DNA from: a virus
Taxonomy: Duplodnaviria; Caudoviricetes
IMG/VR virus record: IMGVR_UViG_3300044450_000293
Span: 1 to 26,211 of that record
Length of the DNA: 26,211 nucleotides
Direction: 5' to 3' (one strand)
The stretch's first letter is position 1. Every line of letters begins with the position of its first letter. Position numbers and translations under genes: made by a program. Below, piece after piece: positions 1-8,787 of this stretch. A model generated the notes under the pieces. The model did not search any database. It was not told the origin of the DNA and saw only the letters and a program-made list of their open reading frames with translations.

Positions 1-11
1 TTAAAGCCCTT

Positions 12-2978
12 TTAAACGATGGTTGCCTGACCGAGTGCGAACGCGATCGAAGGCGTTCCACCGGCGTTGAGGGTTTCCGCGAAGAAGTACCAAGCACCCG
101 CCGGAACAGTTTCCGTGCGGTTGTAGTTGCTGCTTGCTGTTGCGGAGAAGGCGACGATGAATGTGTCCGAGGACCCGTCCGAGCTGGCCGAATATGACAG
201 CCTGATATCTGTGATCGTGGCGTCATTCGGAGTGGACAGCGTGAAGTCAGCTTGCCCGGTTCCACCGATGACAGAGCCGGTTGTGATCGGGTCAGGCCTG
301 TCTTCCGGGTCAGCTAGAACAAGCCCTGTAAAGGACGGTGACCAGGCGCTAGCGTAGCCGGCGCTGCTGGTTGCTTTGCGTTCCATCTCCACGGTGTCAC
401 CGTCCGAATAACCGGAGATGACAACCGCTCCAGATCCCGCATCCACCGTCACCTCGGTCCAAACACCGCCACCGTCTATCCGGTGCCGGATCGTGTAGGT
501 CGCGGCCGAGGCTCCACCACCTGGAACGAGCAAAACCATCAAGCCATCCGCAACACCGCTGCCATTGAAGTGGGTTTCGATGGAAGAAACGGTCGGTATC
601 TCAGGCACTGCGATGTCGGCCGAGGCATCTCCACCTGCCCGGCCGTTCCAGGCCGGCGGCACTTCCGCGTCGGTGAGCACATCGATCTCCGGTGCCTGGG
701 CAAGCATGGTCAGAACGTTGGTGAGCTTCTCGCCGGCCTGAACACCGGCAATGACAAGATCCAGACTTTCCTGGCCGGCGACACCGAACTGGACCAAGTC
801 ATCGCGTTTTGGCAGATCGCCGTTTCCGGTAAATATGAGACTGTCGGTGCTTCCAGGAGCGGTTTTGACGGAGCGTAGAACGCTCACAAACGTGGCGTTG
901 TCACCTGAGCCTGTTTGAACAAAGAAGCGGACTGCATAGGACTTCCCGGCTTCCATATCGACATAGCCGTCCAGCGTCACAAGCTGGCCACGTACCGCCG
1001 TCACCCGCAAGGCCGCCATGGGGCTTTCAAGCACCTCGTAACTGCCCTTTACAAAGTCGCCTCGGGTTGCCGTTCTGACCGCGCCGTCCTGGACCGCCGT
1101 GAAGACATCCGATCGATAGATCGCCTCATACTGCCGGCGGCGTGCTTCAAACCAGATTTCATCTGGATCGGTCTTGCCGGGCAGTTGCAGCTCTTCGGTG
1201 ACATCGATGCTGCCGGTGTAACCCGGCCACCGGATGATACGTTCGCGCTGCTGGTAGTCGGCCGTCTCATCCAGGAAGCGAACCCGGAAGGCATCGGGCG
1301 GCTTGATGTAGGTGCGTCTCCAGGTGAACTCCCGGCTGTTGCGCGAGTTGACATGAGCGACGACAAGCGCCTGCGGCCGGTCGATGACAACGCTCCACTT
1401 GGTGCCGTCATAGCGTGGCGCGGCCCGGCCCGCCCCGGCAATCTCTGTCAGTGCATCCCAGGTCGAGGCTTCGAAGGAACGGTCGCGATCGTATTTGAGA
1501 CCTTTCAATCGACAGAAGTCGTGCCAGTCCTGAAGTGCTTCAAGATCAAGTGCGCTGTCCGCTTCCGGGATGGCGTTTTCCGAACCCTGCAGCACATGTC
1601 TGAAATGCGATGCGGGATTTCGGGTCGGACGCACAATCCACGTCTCGGTAAGGTAGTCCCAATCCGGCAGCAGGCGCTCGGCGATTGCATTGAAGCGATC
1701 AAGCGTGGAGTTGAGCTGATAGGTCGCCTTGATCCGCATGGTAACGAGACAGAGAGGCTTGCCAAAATTGAGCGGATATTCCGGCCGGAAGCTCTGCAGC
1801 GCCAGCCAACTGATCCGATCGGACCGGTTCGCTTCCGTGGCCTCATGCGTGGTCCTGGCAAGCTCGATTTCCCAACGGCCGCGGCTTGGCAAGGTCCAGC
1901 GATATTGCCGGAAAAACCCTTCCCGCTTCTTGGCGGAAAATGTGATCGTCTTCACCGTTTGCCATGCACCGCCTGACGCCGGGCGCTGGCGGATCCGCAC
2001 GGCCACGCTGGAGCTTTTGGCATTGCCACTGCCATCGTAGTAGATCAGTCCACCGGGAAACTGGAAGATGACATTGGCTTCTGTCGCGTCGGATGCGGTG
2101 AACCGGGCAACCGGAGTGATCGGGCCAGTACCGATGATGTTGCCGGAATTGTCCCGTTGACGATCGCGGCGCAGCTCGGCACCAAGACTGTCCTCGATGA
2201 CCTGAGATGGATAGAGCGTTACCGGCTCATCGGTGTCATAGCCTTCGCGGATCTCGGTCTGGACTTCATCGAAACTGTCGAGCGGCGTTTCTCCGATCTT
2301 GAGATCCGACAACTGCTCCGGCCCATAGCCGAAGGTGAACAGCGCCCGAATATACTGTTCGTCACCCACGATTTCCGTATAGCTCGGTGCTGCAAACACC
2401 GGCGCGACACGAACCCTGCCCAGGATCGACGGCACCACGCCATCGGGCGTTACCTGGTTATGCCAACCGGAGATCTGGAACAGCGGCTTTTCGCTCTGCT
2501 GCTGGTTGGCGGCATTGCCAATAGTCTGCTGACTTGGCGGGATGAGCTTGTTGATCACAAAGGTGCCGGCAACAGCCAAACCGGCTGCAGCAACACCCGC
2601 GCCGATCTGACCCAGCAGCGCCGATCCGGTCAGCCCGAAGATAGCCGGTCCAACCCACACCTGACCGATAGCCAGCGCCGCGATCGATACGGCGATCGAC
2701 AAGACGTTGCGGAGTTGATCTTCTCCCGGCACAAGCCGAATGATCAGCCGCACACTGGCGGCCGGATAGATCCGCCGCCACTGATCGGGATCCGGCAACA
2801 GCATTTCGCCCTGGTTGTCGACGAGCCAGATGCGTGCTCGCCGCCGGCTCTTTTCAGGCAAGCCCGGCAGAACCAATTCCACGATCGCGGCGACACTCAA
2901 ACCTTCCGGGGCTTGCCACTCCTGCCGGCCCATGTCCGGGTTCAAGGAAGGAAGGATGGAGACAGGGTGCTGGCTCAT
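12..2978 (-). CDS. Central tail tip / host specificity protein (lambda J-like, with an N-terminal I-like region), 988 aa
   Basis: Start reassigned to MSQHPV (ATGA overlap with the NlpC/P60 stop); motifs GVVPSILGRVRVAP, TRNPA, LEALQDWHDFC typical of J-like tips; beta-rich C-terminus; follows Dit/hub/NlpC genes. Confidence 0.85.
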   Translation of the reverse strand: MSQHPVSILPSLNPDMGRQEWQAPEGLSVAAIVELVLPGLPEKSRRRARIWLVDNQGEMLLPDPDQWRRIYPAASVRLIIRLVPGEDQLRNVLSIAVSIAALAIGQVWVGPAIFGLTGSALLGQIGAGVAAAGLAVAGTFVINKLIPPSQQTIGNAANQQQSEKPLFQISGWHNQVTPDGVVPSILGRVRVAPVFAAPSYTEIVGDEQYIRALFTFGYGPEQLSDLKIGETPLDSFDEVQTEIREGYDTDEPVTLYPSQVIEDSLGAELRRDRQRDNSGNIIGTGPITPVARFTASDATEANVIFQFPGGLIYYDGSGNAKSSSVAVRIRQRPASGGAWQTVKTITFSAKKREGFFRQYRWTLPSRGRWEIELARTTHEATEANRSDRISWLALQSFRPEYPLNFGKPLCLVTMRIKATYQLNSTLDRFNAIAERLLPDWDYLTETWIVRPTRNPASHFRHVLQGSENAIPEADSALDLEALQDWHDFCRLKGLKYDRDRSFEASTWDALTEIAGAGRAAPRYDGTKWSVVIDRPQALVVAHVNSRNSREFTWRRTYIKPPDAFRVRFLDETADYQQRERIIRWPGYTGSIDVTEELQLPGKTDPDEIWFEARRRQYEAIYRSDVFTAVQDGAVRTATRGDFVKGSYEVLESPMAALRVTAVRGQLVTLDGYVDMEAGKSYAVRFFVQTGSGDNATFVSVLRSVKTAPGSTDSLIFTGNGDLPKRDDLVQFGVAGQESLDLVIAGVQAGEKLTNVLTMLAQAPEIDVLTDAEVPPAWNGRAGGDASADIAVPEIPTVSSIETHFNGSGVADGLMVLLVPGGGASAATYTIRHRIDGGGVWTEVTVDAGSGAVVISGYSDGDTVEMERKATSSAGYASAWSPSFTGLVLADPEDRPDPITTGSVIGGTGQADFTLSTPNDATITDIRLSYSASSDGSSDTFIVAFSATASSNYNRTETVPAGAWYFFAETLNAGGTPSIAFALGQATIV

Positions 2979-3400
2979 GTCCGCACCTCGCCCGCCAGTT
3001 CCGCATGCCGCCAGAAGCCTGTGAGCCGACGATCCCAGTAGCTGCTGAGATAGGTCTCGATGCAGGCGGGAATGTCCTCGGTCACATGCAGCATGAAGCC
3101 CGGCCGAACGACAATGCCGACATGGCAATCGAGACGCCCGCGCCGGAACGTCACCACATCCAGCTCGCGCGGTTCCTCGACAACGTTCCAGAAGGGCTTC
3201 GCACCATTGATAAGCCCGGAGATCTCTGCCCGCTCTTTTGCTGTGGCATACCCACCGGCATAGGACGGAACCTCGATCCCAAACTCGCCCAGGACGAGCC
3301 GCACGAGCCCCCAGCAGTCGACACCGGTCCGATCCCGGCCGAGATCGGCAAACGGAAGTCCGAGGAAGTCTTCGCTCCAGTGTTTGTGTGACCCGTTCAT
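2975..3400 (-). CDS. NlpC/P60 tail assembly protein (lambda K-like C-terminal domain)
   Basis: GRDRTGVDCWGLV catalytic Cys motif and HVGIV His motif; tail tip synteny. Confidence 0.9.
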   Translation of the reverse strand: MNGSHKHWSEDFLGLPFADLGRDRTGVDCWGLVRLVLGEFGIEVPSYAGGYATAKERAEISGLINGAKPFWNVVEEPRELDVVTFRRGRLDCHVGIVVRPGFMLHVTEDIPACIETYLSSYWDRRLTGFWRHAELAGEVRT

Positions 3401-3927
3401 GGATGCAAACCTGGAAAGCGTTCACGGGTCATCCGGGCGGACGGCCAAGGCTCTTCGGTCAGTGGAGCGCGGGAGACGGTCAGCGTGATCGCTTCCCCTT
3501 GCCCCTCAGCCATCACCAGTTCGAAGTTCAGCCACTCCTGCTCGATGACATTCGGCGTGTCGGCCAGCACGGTCGCCATCGACACGACTGCCCGCTTGTC
3601 GATCGAGCGCAGCAGCTGCGCCAGCTCGTTGTCGACACCCTCGATCACGAACCGCGCGGCCGGCGGTGCCGTATCCTGGTCATCGGGGATCAGCACTGAG
3701 ACCAGGACAAACAAAAAAGCCTGATCGTCGTCTTTAGGATCGGCACCAAGCCAGTTCGATCTCGTGCAGTAGCGCAGAGGCTCCAGGCTCAAACGTTCGG
3801 TCGGGTCGGTTGAGATCCGGACAACCTGGCTGGTGTCCGGATGGATGATCTGCATCAGGATGACTTCGGTCTCATCGGAGCCGACAGCGTCATGTGCGAG
3901 ACGGGCGTTTAGGGAGATCTTTCTCAT
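3397..3927 (-). CDS. Tail tip/hub protein (DUF1833-like)
   Basis: Lies between Dit and NlpC/P60; ends EPWPSARMTRERFPGL, typical of this family; ATGA overlaps on both sides. Confidence 0.7.
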   Translation of the reverse strand: MRKISLNARLAHDAVGSDETEVILMQIIHPDTSQVVRISTDPTERLSLEPLRYCTRSNWLGADPKDDDQAFLFVLVSVLIPDDQDTAPPAARFVIEGVDNELAQLLRSIDKRAVVSMATVLADTPNVIEQEWLNFELVMAEGQGEAITLTVSRAPLTEEPWPSARMTRERFPGLHP

Positions 3928-4346
3928 GGCAGCACCGTCACAACAAAACTGAGCTGCCAGTGAGCGCCGATCGCCGCATAGGTCGGGAGCTGATCACCAA
4001 ACAGGCACGGCAATGTCACGGCCATGGTCAGGCGGTTGCCGGCGGCGTCGGTCAGGAACGTCCCATCTGCCATCGTCAGATAGTCGCCATTGCGCGACCA
4101 GTCCGGCATCAGGAACGGCAAGGCCCCTTCCGAAGTCTCTTCCCGGTAGAACCGCTCGAAACGAGCCCGCTCGTTGTGGGAAACCACGATGGACATTTGC
4201 ACCTGGTCGACGGATTTGGAGATACCGCGCCGCATGCGTGGCGGTCCCTGTTCGCCCTGGCTGCGCCGCCGGCGTTCACCGCGTGCGATCCGGAAACCAT
4301 CTCCAACCGGTTCGGGAAGATCTGTTGGCCAATTGGGAAGCGTCAT
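3924..4346 (-). CDS. Distal tail protein (Dit, lambda M-like)
   Basis: Directly after the tape measure gene; WPTDLP...GPPRMRR...FERFY...GALPFLMPD pattern. Confidence 0.75.
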   Translation of the reverse strand: MTLPNWPTDLPEPVGDGFRIARGERRRRSQGEQGPPRMRRGISKSVDQVQMSIVVSHNERARFERFYREETSEGALPFLMPDWSRNGDYLTMADGTFLTDAAGNRLTMAVTLPCLFGDQLPTYAAIGAHWQLSFVVTVLP

Positions 4347-6259
4347 CGTCTTGTCAGCCTCCCGACATTGCGGACAGCAGACTGAGCGTTGCCCGGCTTG
4401 CCGATCGCGGAGCCGACCATCTCTTCGAAATAGACTTCCTGCCGCTTGCCGCCGGGCGTGTTTTCCTCACGCGTCCGCGTCTCGAAACCATCAGGCGGTT
4501 GGATCGTCTGGTTGAACTGAAAGCCGTCTTTGCGCGCTTCCATATTCCGCAGCGTGGAGTTCGGCAGCACCATCGCACCCCTGGACGTGCCGATGACCGG
4601 CTCCGGGCCGGCATCGCCCACGATGCCGAACTTGCCGTTCGGGATCAGGCCACCCTTGGCGTGGAAGCCGGTGAAGAGAGAACTGAGAGCCCCGAACAAT
4701 CCGCCAGGGCCACCGCCGGTCGGAGCCGACATGCCGAAGATGCCGGCAAGCGGTCCCTGCCCCAGGAGAGCTGCCTGGAGAACCATGCGCCGAAGAGACT
4801 TGGCAAGATCATCGAACGTGTCGCCAAGGTTGCCGCTGCCGTCGAGGAGCCGGTCGAGGGTGTCGACACCCATGTCACCGAAGGTCTGGAAGGCGTCCTG
4901 GGCGGACACAAGCGCTTCCTGCTCGCGGATCGTCGCCTCGATCAGACCTTCGATCTGTTTCGTCTGTTCGGGAGTGGCTGCCGCCAGGGTGCTGCGCAGC
5001 CGGATCATCTCCCGCTGCACCGGATCGGACGTGCGCAGGATCGCCTGTTCATCTTCAAGTGCCGTGATCAGATCGCGGACGGCTTGCCTTTGACGCTCGA
5101 TCTCACTGGTACCGCCGCCGCTGCTCTTGGGCGGAAGGCCGAACCCACGGGGCTCTGTTGGTTTGAAGGTTCGTCCTTCGTTGACGCTGGCAGCATCGAA
5201 AGCGGCATCGAAACGGCTGCCAGTAACAGCCCCCTTGTCGCCTTTAGTAAGGACGCCCTCCCCTTGGTTCAATGGCGTGATCTTGCCAGAGCCGAAACCA
5301 AGAGGCTGGTCGATCTCGTTTCCGAGCATGTCGTGGGTGTTCGCCCACTCGACCCAGCCTTTGACGGTCTCCCAGCCTTCACCGACCTGGGCGATCAGTT
5401 GGAGCACCTCGCGAATGGCGTCAGCGATAACACCGAACGCGGCCGCAACGCCCTCCGCGATATCTTCCGCGTCTTGAACGAATGAGGGATCGGCAAGATC
5501 GTCGGCAAACTCCTGCAGGTACGGCAGCACCGCGATCGCGATCTTCTGACCGATCACGCCGAGCTGATCGGTAATCCGGCGCAGCGTCCTGTCGAACTCG
5601 GTAAGCGCCTGCCCTTCGGCCTCGGAGACGACGATGCCGAGCCGATTGGCCTCATCCTTCAAACGGGCAATACCGTCCGCGCCACCCTTCAGGAGACGGA
5701 CGAACTGCTCACCGCCGGTGCCGCCGAAGATCTCATCCGCGATCCGTATCTGAGCCGCGTCATTCAACTTGCCCAGGCGATCCACGATCTCGGAGAAGAG
5801 AGCGGAGGGATCGGCCAGTTTTTGCTTCAGCTCGCTTGCCGTATAGCCGAGACGTTCAAACGCCTCGGCAGCCGAGCCCTGGCCGGTCATGATGAACTCA
5901 TCGGCCCGAAGATTGAGTTCCTTGAACCCGTCCGTCAGCGCATCGATGCCGATCAGGTTCTGCTCGGCCATATATTTGAGCCGCTGGAACTCTTCGAAGG
6001 AAACGCCGGCCGTCTGGGCTTCCGCTCGCAGCTCGGCAACGTCCCTGGCAACCTTTGCCACCAATGTGCCCAAAGCCGCCGCGCCGGCTGCAGCAGCCAA
6101 GGCAAGGTTGCGGCCGATCTTGAGAGCCTTCTCGGAGGTCAGGTCGAGGGTTTGACCAAGGCCGCTGGCTTTTCGTTCCGCCCGATCGATGCCCTGGTTG
6201 AACTTCCGGTCGCGCGTATCAAGATCGAGGAGAGCTTCCCCCAGGCGTTCACCGGTCAT
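4343..6259 (-). CDS. Tail tape measure protein, 638 aa
   Basis: Long Ala/Leu-rich helical protein after the chaperones; C-terminal FHAKGG...IVGDAGPE motif; GGAGG SD at 6266-6270 favours ATG 6259. Confidence 0.92.
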   Translation of the reverse strand: MTGERLGEALLDLDTRDRKFNQGIDRAERKASGLGQTLDLTSEKALKIGRNLALAAAAGAAALGTLVAKVARDVAELRAEAQTAGVSFEEFQRLKYMAEQNLIGIDALTDGFKELNLRADEFIMTGQGSAAEAFERLGYTASELKQKLADPSALFSEIVDRLGKLNDAAQIRIADEIFGGTGGEQFVRLLKGGADGIARLKDEANRLGIVVSEAEGQALTEFDRTLRRITDQLGVIGQKIAIAVLPYLQEFADDLADPSFVQDAEDIAEGVAAAFGVIADAIREVLQLIAQVGEGWETVKGWVEWANTHDMLGNEIDQPLGFGSGKITPLNQGEGVLTKGDKGAVTGSRFDAAFDAASVNEGRTFKPTEPRGFGLPPKSSGGGTSEIERQRQAVRDLITALEDEQAILRTSDPVQREMIRLRSTLAAATPEQTKQIEGLIEATIREQEALVSAQDAFQTFGDMGVDTLDRLLDGSGNLGDTFDDLAKSLRRMVLQAALLGQGPLAGIFGMSAPTGGGPGGLFGALSSLFTGFHAKGGLIPNGKFGIVGDAGPEPVIGTSRGAMVLPNSTLRNMEARKDGFQFNQTIQPPDGFETRTREENTPGGKRQEVYFEEMVGSAIGKPGNAQSAVRNVGRLTRR

Positions 6260-6599
6260 CGCCAACCTCCCCGGATTTGGAGGATGGCGGCACAGTCACA
6301 GTCTGGATGCCCATGGAAGCGAGCGTCTGTGGCGTCGGCTTCAAAGCCTTTCTGCGGCCACCTCCTGCCACCTTCTCAAGGCGTCCTACGGCACGCGTGA
6401 GGTCTTTCTTGTCCGCATAGCCGGAAGACAACAGCCCACTGCTGATGGCGCTTAAGGTCTCTTCAGCCTGAAGGCGCGGCAACATGGTCATATAGGCCCT
6501 CACGAGTGCGGCCGGGGCTTTGAAGAGCCACCAGTCCGGAGAGCCGCCGAAGAAACGCTGGAGCCTTGGGAGGATTTCGCCCCAGTCGGTGTCTTTTTC
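6249..6599 (-). CDS. Tail assembly chaperone T-frame (expressed as a GT fusion by -1 frameshift)
   Basis: Open -1 frame overlapping the end of the G gene and running up to the tape measure gene (DTDWGEILPRLQRFFGG...); no convincing independent start. Confidence 0.7.
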   Translation of the reverse strand, partial: EKDTDWGEILPRLQRFFGGSPDWWLFKAPAALVRAYMTMLPRLQAEETLSAISSGLLSSGYADKKDLTRAVGRLEKVAGGGRRKALKPTPQTLASMGIQTVTVPPSSKSGEVGDDR

Positions 6600-6952
6600 T
6601 GGTTGTCCAAGATCATCTTCGCGATCGCTCCTGCCTGCCGCGCTTTTCGCTGCAGCAGGAGCCGCGTAAAAACCTCTGTGATTGCCAGCTTCTGGGTACC
6701 GGACAGACCGTTGAACACCTCTGCCGGACAATTGACCAGGCAACGTTCCGCCAGTTCTGAAACCGCGATGTCCATCGCTTGATCATCATCGCCGGCAGCG
6801 AGCTTTTCGATCTCAGCACCTTTTGCGCTGAACCAATGGCTGTCGGCAATCGACAGTTCATCCGCCGTGAACAGCTCATAGCGTGTGTCATCGATGTTGA
6901 TGAATGGACGGTCGATCAGCGTGCTGAGATCGAGGATCGGGTCTTTGGCCAT
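6500..6952 (-). CDS. Tail assembly chaperone G, 150 aa
   Basis: Between tail tube and tape measure genes; start MAKDPILD; Ser-rich tail after the putative shift site. Confidence 0.75.
   Translation of the reverse strand: MAKDPILDLSTLIDRPFINIDDTRYELFTADELSIADSHWFSAKGAEIEKLAAGDDDQAMDIAVSELAERCLVNCPAEVFNGLSGTQKLAITEVFTRLLLQRKARQAGAIAKMILDNQKKTPTGAKSSQGSSVSSAALRTGGSSKPRPHS
6593..6599 (-). other. Putative -1 ribosomal frameshift site G AAA AAG
   Basis: In-frame CAG AAA AAG (QKK) immediately before the DTDWGE segment of the -1 frame. Confidence 0.55.
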
Positions 6953-7152
6953 GGAGAAAGTCCTTCGCCGGTTTTTTGGATGGAAATCGTGATGCCGAGG
7001 CGCTCGCATTCGCGGGTCAGGTCCGCCAATTGCTGGCGGGCCTGTTGGGCAGCTCGCCTGTGACGCCCTTCTTCCCGCTTGTGGTGCCGGGCGGCATCAT
7101 CCAGCCGCCGCGCCCGCTTCACCCACTCTTCTGCTGAAACCGCGTCAGCCAT
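6916..7152 (-). CDS. Hypothetical basic coiled-coil protein, 78 aa
   Basis: MADAVSAEEW... starts 10 nt after the tail tube stop and fills the gap; overlaps the chaperone start by 37 nt. Confidence 0.6.
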   Translation of the reverse strand: MADAVSAEEWVKRARRLDDAARHHKREEGRHRRAAQQARQQLADLTRECERLGITISIQKTGEGLSPWPKTRSSISAR

Positions 7153-7162
7153 TGCCAGGCCC

Positions 7163-7768
7163 TTACGGCAGAGCCAACTGATGCTGGATGACCAGCCTGC
7201 CAAAGCTTTCAGCCTTGGTGCCGGCGTTCGGGTCTCTGAGCGCGGAAAACTCCAGCGCAAACCCGGCAGGTTCACCCTTGCGGAAAACCGGCTCCGGACT
7301 GCCTGACTGGAAGCAATAGGGAACCTCGTACTGCATGTTCATGGCATCAGCGGCCGGGCTGACATTCGCCCGCAGCAGCAGCGCCATCGTCGCCACTTGT
7401 TCGCCCTGGTAGAACTGCAGCGTTTTCGTGCCGGCCGTGCCGCTGCCGGCAGCGACGGTCGCCACCTCATTGCTGTTGACGCTGAGACCGTAAAACTCCG
7501 GGCTGACATCGAGCAGCGTGAAGGAAATCATGAGATCCTCAGCAACGCGGAAAGCCTTGATTGGCGTTGTGGTTCCAAGGGTCCGGATCTTGTTGACTTC
7601 CTGGGCGTGCTGAACCGTCACGCCCTCTTCATCCATGCTTTCGTCACCGCTGGTACCGATCTTCACCCAGTTCCCGGCAGGGTCGGCATCGATGTCAGGA
7701 AACGCCTCGCCAAGCGGTGCGAAGTAGGCCGTGAACGGGGCGGCGATAATCTCGAAAGGCGCTGGCAT
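7163..7768 (-). CDS. Major tail (tube) protein
   Basis: 201 aa beta-rich protein (WVKIG...EEGVTV) between the tail terminator and the chaperones. Confidence 0.85.
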   Translation of the reverse strand: MPAPFEIIAAPFTAYFAPLGEAFPDIDADPAGNWVKIGTSGDESMDEEGVTVQHAQEVNKIRTLGTTTPIKAFRVAEDLMISFTLLDVSPEFYGLSVNSNEVATVAAGSGTAGTKTLQFYQGEQVATMALLLRANVSPAADAMNMQYEVPYCFQSGSPEPVFRKGEPAGFALEFSALRDPNAGTKAESFGRLVIQHQLALP

Positions 7769-8194
7769 TTAGGAGACCTCCTGAAGCGCGTGGAAAACTT
7801 GGTAAGGCTGGAAGGCGACAGGCCACTGGGTTGCGCCGTCGCGGCGCGCAGAAAAGCCCCCTGCAGGTTCTGCCCAATGAATGAGACAGCCGGAAAAGAT
7901 CTGCCGGCGGATGCTCCTCAGCGCGCGGCGGCCAGAAGCGGCAAGCGCGTTGGCCTCTTTGGGCGTCTCTGCATATGCCAGGAGATCCACCCGTTGCGTG
8001 TCGTGTTGTACGAAAGACCCTTGCGCGAGGGAGACGCCACCAGATGGTGCGACAACGATCGCGTGTCGGGGCATGTGTCTGGTTTCGCCCTTGGGCAGTT
8101 CACCGCCGAAGACGCGATCGGATGTGAGGACAGAGATGATGCTGTCCGCTTTCAGCGCTTCAACCAGCGCACCGATGACATCTGCTTCCGCCAA
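7769..8194 (-). CDS. Tail terminator/completion protein
   Basis: Immediately before the tube gene; LKAD...LTSDRVFGGELP and RVDLLAYA patterns; TTG start at 8194 is uncertain (alternative 8215). Confidence 0.7.
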   Translation of the reverse strand: MAEADVIGALVEALKADSIISVLTSDRVFGGELPKGETRHMPRHAIVVAPSGGVSLAQGSFVQHDTQRVDLLAYAETPKEANALAASGRRALRSIRRQIFSGCLIHWAEPAGGFSARRDGATQWPVAFQPYQVFHALQEVS

Positions 8195-8248
8195 ATCCCT
8201 GGCCCCACATTGCAAGAGCCCCGGCGAAGCGCCGGGACCATTGCTCGA

Positions 8249-8302
8249 AGGCTAGAGTTTCAGGACATGCGGAAACATCCGCGCGGGTGCGCGGGTGAAC
8301 GG
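8249..8302 (-). promoter_or_regulatory. Putative activator-dependent late promoter of the tail operon
   Basis: Dyad ACATCCGCGC-gggt-GCGCGGGTGA at 8275-8298; -10-like TAGCCT at 8254-8249. Confidence 0.8.
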
Positions 8303-8456
8303 GGATCGAACATGGAGGGGGGAATTCGCGCAGAGCATCCCGGCAGCAGACCGGGATGTCAAGAGCCGTATGGAAGTCAGCGCGCGGCAGCTGAGAGAGC
8401 CCCCTCGGCCAATCACCAGGAGAGCCGAGGGACGGTCGTTTCCATATCTTGGAGAG

Positions 8457-8777
8457 TTAGCCGAGCGCGGCCCTGACCATGCAATCCTTGGCCTCAAGGA
8501 GCTTCCGCAGGCCAGCCGATTTTTCCGGACCATCAGGCAGATCGTCGTTCAACTGACTTGCCAACTCGCCAAACGGACGGCTGACCTTCTGCAGGCGAAC
8601 CGGCAAATGGGCAAACTCGAAGTGCTTCATGATTGGATTGGACATGTCGTTTCCTTCCTCGTTGTGACAGCCATACACTTCAACACAGGAGAGGCAGGCC
8701 ATTCCGCCATCCACTGCGCCGAAGTCTTTCAGATCGGTGTCCACGTACCGCCCGCAGGCGCAGATAAACACGCTCAT
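8457..8777 (-). CDS. Small protein: N-terminal CxC...CxxC segment plus C-terminal helical hairpin resembling Acb2/Tad1-type sponges; internal in-frame start at 8645
   Basis: AAGGGG SD before 8777 and GAGGAAGGA before ATG 8645; motif HLP..LQ.VS.PF..LA...LPDGPEKSAGLRKLLEAKD. Coding status is likely, function is inferred. Confidence 0.7.
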   Translation of the reverse strand: MSVFICACGRYVDTDLKDFGAVDGGMACLSCVEVYGCHNEEGNDMSNPIMKHFEFAHLPVRLQKVSRPFGELASQLNDDLPDGPEKSAGLRKLLEAKDCMVRAALG

Positions 8778-8787
8778 GAAATCCCCT

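Noticed and set aside
2979-3425. N-terminal extension of the J-like ORF (likewise for portal, protease, gemA and the wHTH gene)
   Set aside because: The extensions overlap upstream genes; downstream starts with SDs or stop/start coupling fit better
4013-5485. Long + strand ORFs (490 aa here; also 915-1976, 7397-8476, 13136-14260, 15937-17262, 23213-24529)
   Set aside because: Antisense shadows of well-supported - strand genes in GC-rich DNA, with no recognisable motifs
8369-8447. Hammerhead ribozyme or TPP/SAM-II riboswitch in the structured intergenic region
   Set aside because: GAAAC..GUC, GCUGAGA and GGUGAUU fragments occur, but CUGANGA and the other core elements are missing or misplaced
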